DNA of 62,337 nt, the filler included, from Hausera hauseri (Eukaryota), in the NCBI GenBank assembly GCA_046269625.1. It is 12 parts of 12 records of this genome, joined end to end, with 100 filler letters (N's around TTAATTAATTAA, not from the genome) between each part and the next. Parts side by side here need not be neighbours in the genome. Positions count along the whole stretch, not along the records: positions 34,731 to 39,071 come from JBJURY010627219.1; positions 39,172 to 43,691 come from JBJURY010543119.1; positions 43,792 to 49,052 come from JBJURY010296057.1; 9 more parts are not named here. One strand, given 5' to 3'. A program made the position numbers and the translations under genes. Every line of letters starts with the position of its first letter. Positions within the stretch are counted from its first letter, which is position 1. This document shows, piece by piece, positions 36,403 to 46,203 of the stretch. The notes under the pieces are model-generated. The model was not told where the DNA came from. It saw only the letters and a list, made by a program, of their open reading frames with translations, and did not search any database.

Positions 36403-39071
36403 ATGGCGTCAAGCGGACTTCGTGAACGCTTTGAGTTAGTGAAACTGAATAATCGAAACTATTACACGTGGAAGTTTAAAGTCGAACTTTTGCTCATTAA
36501 AGAAGACTTGTGGCAAGTGATTGATAAAGAACAACCAACACCTGTTACTGAACAGTGGACCGCAAAGGATGGTAAAGCACGAGCGACTATCGGGCTTCTA
36601 GTGGAGGATAATCAACTCGGACTCATAAGGAAATTAACGACTGCTAAAGAGATGTGGACCGCTCTCGCGAATTACCACAATAAAAGTACTCTATCCAGAA
36701 AAGTCGGACTGTTAAAGGAACTTTGCTCTCTTCGATTATCAGAAAATGGGTCCATGGGGGACCATATAATGAAAATGGAGTCATTAATTGACCAGTTATC
36801 TGCGTTAGGTGAGAAAATCTCAGAACCCTTATTCGTTTCGTTTATGTTAAGCAGTTTGCCGGATGAATACGATACGCTCACAACTGCCCTTGAAACTCGT
36901 CCAGAGACTAATCTCACTGTTGAGCTGGTAAAAAGCAAATTAATAGCAGAGTTTAATCGAAAGAACAAAACTGAAGAATATCATAAAGTTATTGAGAATA
37001 AAGCTCTAAAATCTGCTAAAGCCGTTAATAATGCTTTTATGGATAAAAGAAAAGTTACAACTTGTTTCTTCTGTAAGAAAGTAGGTCACATAAAATCTGA
37101 ATGCATGAAATATGCAAAATGGAAACAGAAGAAAAGTAAAAATGAAACAGTAAATGTCACTAAAACTGACACTGCGGATAACACTGAATCAGAAGTAAGT
37201 GATCAATTTTGTTTTTCAAGTGCTCATTTTATGCAGAATTCTTGGTGTGTAGATAGTGGTGCCACTACACATATGTCAAATAATAAAAATCTGTTTAGTT
37301 ATATTGATGATAATGTATCTTCTGAACGTATTGTGTTAGCTAACGGTAAAGCAGTATTTAGCCAAGGTAAAGGCGACTGCTTAGTTAAATTCAAAAACGG
37401 AAACAATTCCTCTGAAGTGTCCGTTACAGTGAAAGATGTTCTATTTGTGCCAGATTTATCTACTAATCTTCTTTCTGTTAAGAAATTAACTGATAATAAC
37501 TTTGAAGTAATCTTTAAGGGCACAAACTGTCACATCGTTAAAGACGGTAAAATCGTCGCATCAGGCGGTATTATGGATAACTTGTACGTTCTTAAAGAAA
37601 GTGAACATGCTTTACGCACTAAACAGGTACATGCAAAATGTATTCATGATTGGCACATAAAGTTAGGTCATAGAAATTTAAGTGATATTTTACGCATGTC
37701 TAAAGATAATATGGCCGAAGATATGAAAATTTCTCCCTGCTTAGAAAATGTTGTTTGTGAAAGCTGCATTACGAGTAAATCATGCCGTGAACCGTTTCCT
37801 CAAAAATCTTTTTCCAAAACCTCTAAAATTCTCGATCTAATTCACACTGATTTGTGTGGTCCAATGCAAACTGTTACACCAGGCGGGGCAAAGTACATTC
37901 TAACACTAATAGATGATTTCAGTAAATACTGTAAAGTTTACCTTCTAAAGCGAAAGGAAGAAGTATTAAAGAATTTCCGCAACTTCCTTCAGGAAATCTA
38001 TACCCAATTTGGTGTAATGCCCAAGCGGTTAAGGTCAGATCGAGGAGGGGAATACACCGGTAAAGAGTTTGTGAAACTGCTGAAAGATAATGGTATCGTT
38101 CATGAAAAGACTGTACCATATTCACCACAGCAGAATGGTGTTGCGGAAAGGAAAAACCGTTCATTAATAGAGATGACTAGAGTAATGCTGAAGGAGTCTA
38201 ATCTTCCAAATAAATACTGGGGTGAAGCTGTTGTCACAGCAAATTATCTGCAGAATAGGTTACCAACTAATAATCTTAATTGCACTCCTTATGAAAAGTG
38301 GTATAGTAAGAAACCTTCTTTGTCACACATACAAGCTTTTGGAATCACCGCATATGTTCACGTTCCATCAGAACATCGGCGAAAGCTTGATGATACAGCT
38401 GTAAAGCGTATCATGGTCGGTTATGAGGAAGGCACTAAAGGATACAGATTATTAGACACGAATACAGATAAAATCGTCATCAGTAGAGATGTTACCTTCC
38501 TGCCAAAAGATCCCCACCCCAAGGTTACTTCTGAAATTGTTGAAATAGGATCAGAAAATAAGGACAATATAGTGACTGATACAAATTTTTCCGTAGATGA
38601 ATTACAAGGAGTACCAGTTAATGCTGAAGCTAGACGCTCAGAACGCTCAAACAAGGGTGTACCACCCGAAAGATACAATGTGTCGTCCTTCAAAGCTAAA
38701 TCCATGGAGACATCAGATCCTTCATGCTATGAAGATGCTTGTTCTGACCCAAATAAGGAACACTGGAAACAAGCAATGCAAGACGAAATTGATGCCTTGA
38801 AAGAAAATGGAACATGGATTTTGACAGATCCTCCTAATAATAAGGTCATTATAGGCTGCAAATGGGTATTTAAAACCAAAACAGACGGTGAAGGAAAGGT
38901 CTCACGCTACAAAGCCAGACTCGTAGCACAAGGATATCAGCAAAAATACGGACATGACTACGATGAAGTTTTCGCACCCGTAGCCAAGCCAACCACATTA
39001 AGAACTCTCCTAACTGTTGCAGGAAAACGGAAATTGGCTGTACGCCATTATGATATTCAGTCAGCTTACCT
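36403..39071 (+). CDS. Copia polyprotein, N-terminal part (gag, CCHC knuckle, protease, integrase, RT start)
   Basis: CFFCKKVGHIKSEC, WCVDSGATTHM, WHIKLGH..CESC, IHTDLCGP, RSDRGGEY, QNGVAERKNR and YKARLVAQG. Continues in frame through the overlap for 1281 aa in total. Confidence 0.95.
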
Positions 39072-39171
39072 NNNNNNNNNNNNNNNNNNNNNNNNNNNNN
39101 NNNNNNNNNNNNNNNTTAATTAATTAANNNNNNNNNNNNNNNNNNNNNNNNNNNNNNNNNNNNNNNNNNNN

Positions 39172-40585
39172 ACACTTCCCTTAATTCCATTAGATGTGCT
39201 GATCACGTTGTTGAGGTGATTAGAATGTCAGCAATATATGATAACCCACGTACTCCTTTGAGGACGAAGCGGATAAATTCTTGAAAGAATGTTGGTGCAG
39301 TCTTCAATCCAAATGGCATGCGTGTAAATTGGTATACTCCGTTGTGTCTTAAAGGCAGTCTTCCATCGGTCTTTTTCTGCTACAGGTATTTGCCAGAATA
39401 CACTCTGTAGATCGAGCGTGGTGAAATGTTTGAAATCTTTCAATTCGCCTATGATATCTCGTATTCGTGGTATCGGATAAACATGATTTGCTAAATGTTT
39501 GTTCAATGTAACATAATATACGCATAATCTGTTTTGTAGTGTTAGCTTTCTTCGCCATAACTATTGGCGATGGCCATGGTGATTGACTTGGTTCAATGAT
39601 GCCTTTGTCCAACATGGTTTGAATTTGTTCTTCAACTTCTTTTTGGAGTGCTTTTGGAGGGGATACCATATTGGTGTAGGTTTCCTGAGGAGGTCTGTCT
39701 CATTCCCGGTTATAGGGTCAGTCATGAATGATAACTTAAATTCAACTAAATCAGTTTGTTCTATATCTGTTTCGTCTTTGGCAAAAATATCAGTGTATTC
39801 AAGAATGAGTTCCGAAAAATTACTTAAATATTCATCTGACAATTTTTTCTTCGCTTTTGCGAGAATAACATCGAACATATCTTCAACGATACTTTCTACA
39901 TTAGTGGAGGTGGCTGCGAGTTTACCGTCAAGTGGCTCATGTCGAATAGTTTTAAGCGCTTTTCCAAGCCTCATTTTTGTAAATAGTGTGATGTATTTCG
40001 GAGTCGGATTCAATACTTCAATAGGTATCGTTCCACCGGTTACATTGACGCAATAATGTGGTAATGAGTCTTCTGAAGAATTTTTGGTATGAACTCGATT
40101 ACGTGGTTATCTGGAAACATTGTCCTAGCGTGTATTACCACTTTAGAGTTGGGAGGGATTTTTTTAACATGTCTGTTTTATCATAATTGAACGGAAAATT
40201 CTTGTTATTGGGACAGATAGATCCTGATTGTAAGTTTATGTGAACTTCCAATTTTCTTAAAACATTCATTCCTATGATGCATCGAGGATCCAGGTTTGTC
40301 ATTACGTCAAAAGTTATTTTAACCCTTTGTCCACATATCATTGGTTCGCTTTTCCAATGTCCGTATGGTTTGCTGCGTTGCTCGAAGGCTGACGTGGTAC
40401 CTACAGCGTCTTTAGAAGCTAACTTTATTTGCGATTGCAGTTCGTCGGGAATTGCTTTATTTGCTATCAATTATATATTAGCTCCGGTATCTACCATTGC
40501 GTTTAAATCAAAGGTATTAAAATGGACGGTTGTATGTGGTCGATTGTCTCTTAGTTTGAGAAATATCAGCACATCATTGTGATCG
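39172..40585 (-). pseudogene. Degenerate Ty3/Gypsy protease plus reverse transcriptase (runs off the contig)
   Basis: AMVDTGAN (DTG at 40483-40491), IIGMN, GIIEPSQSPWPSPIVM, YPIPRI, FTTLDLQSVFWQI, KTAF, RMPFGLKTAP and YIAD. Stops and frameshifts present. Confidence 0.92.
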
Positions 40586-41259
40586 TCGATATGTGGTTCC
40601 ATCAAGGTGTAGTTGGATGCACAATAGTGAGTTTTTCCGTTAGGTAATATGACAGTTAAACTCTCTTGAGATTGAGTATCAATTTCCGTTTCTTTAGTCT
40701 TAGACTTGAGTTCGGTCAGATCTGAATAACAAACTTATGTGTCTTAAAGTTGTCTGTTCTTTGTTATTAGCTTCTGTTGTTATCGTAAGGTAATTGGATG
40801 TTCGATTAGACTGACTTTCTATGGTCTTGTTTGTTCGATCATAAGGTATCGGCGGCATGATACCTAGTTTAGGAGATAGAGGTAGTATTAATCGGTTTTG
40901 TTTCATTTTTTGTGTAACAACAGATTGAAGTATCTCTTCTTGAGAGTATTTGTGAATACTGCGTAGTCTCAGGTATTCCTCCTTCTTTGCAAAAGGGTCT
41001 TCTAACTCCAGTGAATCGAAATTTTTCGTTTCATAAAGTGCAGCTTGTAGTAGGTGTTTAAATTTTGACCTTTGTTTATCCTGTTCTTTGAATTTCATTA
41101 GATTAAGTAGCTTCCTTTTCTTTTTCATAGAGGTGCCATTTGTAGGATAATACCCAGTCGTTCCATCGTCGTCGGAACTTGAAGAAGTATTCTTGAGGAT
41201 TGTTTTGCCTGTCCTGTAATCCACATGTCTCTAATTTTATTCTCCATTGTTTTTCATGA

Positions 41260-43164
41260 TTGGCTTTGATAAATTTGCCAAATGGTGAGAATAGAGCACC
41301 GATTAAGTTCAGGGATAATCCTGTCAAGTTGTAAATCTCATGCGTTCAATACTGATTTGATACAAACGTTCAGTTTGCATAATGAAATAAATAGCCAGAA
41401 ATCCCGAAGCTATTGGCCGAATTTTAGGAATCCACCCCACATTTTGTACCAAAAATTTGAGACAATTTTCGTAGATGCGTTTGGAGTCCACAATCGATCC
41501 GACTTTCCTTCTCCAGCTGTATCGTCAATTACTCGATGTATCCCTCTATTTACCACCTGTTCACGTTGTCTGGGATAAGCTAAAAATTTTACAAAAGAAT
41601 CTATTTCCTTCTTGCTATATAGTGCCTATTTAGATACATCCGTGAACATATTTGTTTCAATGGCATGTCTTAGATTAGTCATGGTCAACTTCTTTGGTTT
41701 TTCCTTCACTCTATCTCGATCAGGTAAACGAACCCACAAATCTTGATTGTCGTACTTAATAAATGGTTTATTTAGTGCAGAGCAATTGTAAATCTCAGTT
41801 GGTATGGTGTGTGGTGCTAAAAGTACTCTCGTAATAGGTTGGACGTAACGGACTTCGTCATGGTATTTTACCGGTATTTCCGAATAGTATGGGGTGCCGG
41901 TTATCAAGGGCAGTTATAGTCTCTTGCATCGATATGTATACAGGACCTCTACTAGGACTCTACCGGGGATTCCTTCTCCGAACGGAAGGGTAATTGTTAT
42001 CATTTCGGGGTTTGACGCGTAAATGGCAAGTCGATTTCTTAGCGTCTCAAAGTTTACCTTGCAGAAATTTTGAATTGTTCCTGAATATACCTCTTCAATG
42101 GTTTTGTGTCAAGTAGAATAGAAAATCGTATCTATTGGCAATATAATCAGCAATGTTTACTACATGGGCTTTGTTGCTTGGTAAATTATCTGCTTCTTTC
42201 CTTTTCGAATATGAAATAATTTTCGTAGTTGGTGGTGAAAACTGGTTGTCCACATTTGGTAGTCAAATATTGTTGTATGAATTTAACTCCACCTTTTATG
42301 TCCTTAGATATTATTATTTTAGGAGTTTTTACTTCTGGAATTGTTTGCGTATTGGCATTTTCGAAATTAGTTTCGTAGTGTTGAGCATAACGCTTTCCTG
42401 TGTAACGTTGAATTCGCCATTCCGAATTTGTACTAATGTGCAGTCGTGACGTTTAGGCACTGTCCATATGATAGTGGAAGTTCTGGTGTGACAATATCCA
42501 GCTTCCAGTTTACAAAAGGAAACGTCCGTCACTGTGTTAGTGTTGGTTTCGAACATATAAGTATTTTCCTTAATTTCCACTTCGTATTGGTCGTGTACTA
42601 CGATGTTTCCTATAATACCTTTGCCTGTATCAAAATTACCTCCTCTACAATAACCTTTTTCATCCTTATGTCCAGCAATCTACTTTTCCTGTTGTGTTAT
42701 TTGACCTTTGATTGCTGTTAAAATCAAATCTCCCCATTTTAATTGCTGAGTGTCACCGGTATCTCGGCAACTAGATGGGTTTAGGGCACATATTTAGGTA
42801 TAGTTGTTGGTTGAATGTAGGAATCGTGATGCAAATGACCTCAATACGAGATAGTACGGGATTGTCGTAAGGAACATTCTAATCCTTTCATGTGGAGTGT
42901 AGTTTTATCATAGTAAATATATAGATTTTGTGTTGTGGTTTTCAGTTTCCTCGGAAGTGCATCCGGGCAGGACTGGAGATCCAATAGTGAATAATAGCTA
43001 TTCTCGTAAATTTTGTCACAATCATATGCCAATATTGTTCCTATCCTTTTAAAATTGGAAAATAATACTAGAATAAATACAAGAATTGGTATGAACAGTC
43101 CATTAGTCCTTGTTCCGTCCGTTTTCTGCATTTCTTCTCGGATTTGAGTTGACATTGTTTCCAT
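41260..43164 (-). pseudogene. Chuvirus-type (class III) envelope glycoprotein, disrupted
   Basis: Signal peptide then LAYDC..YSLLDLQSC, EC..Y[C]GHLHH, GYCRGG, CKLEAGYC..TIIW..C, YSEIPV..YVQPITRVL..C, LYS..FLAYP, FWYKMWGGFLKFG and hydrophobic C-terminal segments. This pattern matches chuvirus glycoproteins and their endogenous derivatives. Confidence 0.8.
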
Positions 43165-43791
43165 GAATATTGGAATTCTTTCTATGAAGAGTTTTGTGAT
43201 TTCAAGAATTGCTTTTTCTATTGTTTTTTTTCTATTTCTGGTTGATCTTCGTTTTTATTCCGTGAAAATAAGGTATTCCATTTACAATATTTGGGTATAA
43301 CTGATTTACTAACTTGAATTATTTTTCCTGTAGTAATTTTCAGATGAGATCAAAAGGAATATTATTTTCTCAAAATTTTTACGAGTGGGCGTTTCTAATA
43401 TCAACTGGGTGATATCTTCGGTCGTGAAATTCTTCCACTGAGAATTCCTTCTGAGTTCTTTCATAAATTTTAATTGTTCTTTGACATTTCTTCCATTTTG
43501 GAGAGTGGTTGTTAATCTGATCTTTGTCTATCTCAATGTAATATTGCTCTCTAACTAATTTCTTGACTTCTTTATATTCCTTATGAAGTTTTGGGGTTTC
43601 GTATTCCATTATCTGAGTAGCAAAATTCTCGGCAATTATTATAGTTTATTACGTTTACTTCGTTTATTTAGATCGAATAGGGTTTGGGCCANNNNNNNNN
43701 NNNNNNNNNNNNNNNNNNNNNNNNNNNNNNNNNNNTTAATTAATTAANNNNNNNNNNNNNNNNNNNNNNNNNNNNNNNNNNNNNNNNNNNN

Positions 43792-46203
43792 ACGTTTCAG
43801 ACAGCCATGGATATTATAACAATGGATGCTCCGCATATAATGTGTTATGTAGATGATGTAATAATTGCCTCAAGTGATTATAAGCAACATAAAGAGCATC
43901 TTAAAGATATGCTAGAGAGATGTGCCCTCCTTGGTATAAAAATAAGTTTAAAAAAATGTTGTTTTGCCAGAACAAAAGTGGATTTTTTAGGTCACACGGT
44001 TAGTAGAGAAGGAATTAGCCCACAGATTGGAAAAATTAATAAAATCCAGGATTTTCCGGTCCCAAAAACAGTAAGAGGAGTTCGAAAATTTCTCGGTCTT
44101 ACAGGATATTACAGGAAATTTGTTAAAGATTATCAACAAATAGCGTCCCCTTTACATTCGTTGCTACAAGAGAGCTCTAAGCTTGTGTGGACCCAGGAAT
44201 GTCAAAAAGCATATCAGCAATTAAAAGATAGTTTATTGGCCCCACCAATATTGGCTTATCCAAATATGTCTAAACCATATTTTTTGGCTACAGATGCAAG
44301 TAAAGTTGGAATAGGAGTTGTCCTATCCCAAAAAGATGATCAAGGATTAGAACATCCTATATCATTTGGAGGACGGAAATTGAGGAAGCATGAGAGAAAT
44401 TACTCTACAATTGAAAGAGAATTACTTGCAATCGTTTATGCTCTAGAGCAGTACGGACAGTATTTGTCGGAGACAAAACCAATTGTTATCTATACCGACC
44501 ATAAGCCACTACAATGGTTAAAAAGTCATAAGAATCCAAACAGCCGTTTGATGAAATGGGCAATGCTACTCCAACCTTATGACTTAAAGTTTGAATACAA
44601 GACTGGTAAAGCTAATGCAAATGCAGATTATATGTCCAGAATACCAGAAGATATGGATCGAGAAGAAGAAATAACGGATAAACCAGGTGTTATAGAAGCT
44701 ATTTGGAGCATCACTGAACATGAAAAATTACTACAACAAAAACAAGAAAATGATGAACAGATAAGACAAATTAAAGAATACCTCCAAAAGAAAATTATAC
44801 CAAAAGATGTCGACCTTTATACCCATTTAATAAGGTTTTTTGAAAATTATCAAATAAAGGATGGTATATTATACTATAACTACAAAGGAAAATTGACTGT
44901 TGTTGTTCCTCAGGAAGACGTGAAACTATTACTTACACAGTATCATGATGGCATGTTGGGAGGTCACCAGTCAAAGAAACGAACTCTGGGCAGATTGAAA
45001 AGAAAATATTATTGGTACAATATGAATAAAGATGTAGAAGAATGGTGCAGAAGTTGCCCCATTTGCGCTACAAGGAAAAATACTGGAACAAAAATCAAAG
45101 TCCCTCTCAAGCCATTAGAATGTCCACCGGCTCCTATGGAATTTTCGGCAATGGACATATTAGGACCATTACCAATGACGATAAACGGAAATAAGTATAT
45201 GTTGGTATTTGTTGATTTATTTTCCAAATGGCCAGTAGTAGTTCCGATACCAGATCAAAAAGCACAGACCATTGCACAAGCATTCGTTGAAGAGATTGTA
45301 TTTAATTACGGAGCACCTACTAAATTATTAACGGACCAGGCCCCAAACTTCACGGGAGAAGTAATGGCCGAGATATCGAAAATATTTCAAATATTACAAT
45401 TAAAAACCACCCCATACCACCCACAAACTAACGGAGCGGTCGAACGATTTAATGGAACCTTAACTAATATGTTAGCAACAATGGTTAATGAACGACAGGA
45501 TGATTGGGACGAATACATTAAACCCTGTTTGTTCGCTATCAGGAACACTATTCATCCAGCAACCAAAGAAACTCCATTTTATCTGATGTATCTTAGAGAT
45601 GCACACATGCCCATCGATTTGGATTTTAAGACACCAGTCTCACACTTAAAGGATATGGAATATCAAGAATTATTAGAAGAAAAGTTAGGTTATGTATGGA
45701 ATTTGGCTTCACGAAATATAAAAATATGTCAAAAGGAGTACAAAGACAGATATGATGAAAAAGCTAAATCTCACAAATTTAAACCTGGAGATAAGGTTAT
45801 GTTACATACACCTTTAAGTAAGAAAGGAAGAACTCCGAAATTGGACAGACCATATAAAGGTCCATATATGGTTCAAAAGGTGGACGAGACCAATATATAT
45901 TTAAATAAAAATAAGAGGAATAAAATGGATCCTATAAAAGTGCACGTGAATCGGTGTAAACCGGCACCACCAGAATCAAAAATAAGGAATAGAAATTCAA
46001 ATTTATTACTAATGACAACACTTATGATGTTAAGTCTAATAACTTGTGTATCAACTCAAGAATTAAAACCGATATTCCATAAAGTACAAGTTGGAAAATA
46101 CCCCTGCATACGAATATTTGGAAATCGAAACTTAACCGTCAACGATTATATTTATATATATATATATATCGAAAGTATCTACCTCGCGAAAAGTAATCAC
46201 TGA
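43792..46203 (+). CDS. Ty3/Gypsy Pol (5'-partial): RT, RNase H, integrase with GPY/F, then a signal-peptide-like segment
   Basis: YVDD, ATDAS, ERELLA, TDHKPL, HHCC, MDILGP/TDQAPNF/NGAVERFN and KGPY, with no internal stop. Hydrophobic LLLMTTLMMLSLITCVST at 46003-46056. Confidence 0.96.
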   Translation, partial: TFQTAMDIITMDAPHIMCYVDDVIIASSDYKQHKEHLKDMLERCALLGIKISLKKCCFARTKVDFLGHTVSREGISPQIGKINKIQDFPVPKTVRGVRKFLGLTGYYRKFVKDYQQIASPLHSLLQESSKLVWTQECQKAYQQLKDSLLAPPILAYPNMSKPYFLATDASKVGIGVVLSQKDDQGLEHPISFGGRKLRKHERNYSTIERELLAIVYALEQYGQYLSETKPIVIYTDHKPLQWLKSHKNPNSRLMKWAMLLQPYDLKFEYKTGKANANADYMSRIPEDMDREEEITDKPGVIEAIWSITEHEKLLQQKQENDEQIRQIKEYLQKKIIPKDVDLYTHLIRFFENYQIKDGILYYNYKGKLTVVVPQEDVKLLLTQYHDGMLGGHQSKKRTLGRLKRKYYWYNMNKDVEEWCRSCPICATRKNTGTKIKVPLKPLECPPAPMEFSAMDILGPLPMTINGNKYMLVFVDLFSKWPVVVPIPDQKAQTIAQAFVEEIVFNYGAPTKLLTDQAPNFTGEVMAEISKIFQILQLKTTPYHPQTNGAVERFNGTLTNMLATMVNERQDDWDEYIKPCLFAIRNTIHPATKETPFYLMYLRDAHMPIDLDFKTPVSHLKDMEYQELLEEKLGYVWNLASRNIKICQKEYKDRYDEKAKSHKFKPGDKVMLHTPLSKKGRTPKLDRPYKGPYMVQKVDETNIYLNKNKRNKMDPIKVHVNRCKPAPPESKIRNRNSNLLLMTTLMMLSLITCVSTQELKPIFHKVQVGKYPCIRIFGNRNLTVNDYIYIYIYIESIYLAKSNH

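Larger units (their letters stand above)
34731..39071 (+). mobile_element. Intact Ty1/copia LTR retrotransposon, circularly permuted contig with a single LTR
   Basis: The first 77 nt (34731-34807) are identical to the last 77 nt (38995-39071). Joining them gives a 4264-bp circle with one gag-PR-IN-RT-RH ORF. Confidence 0.96.
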
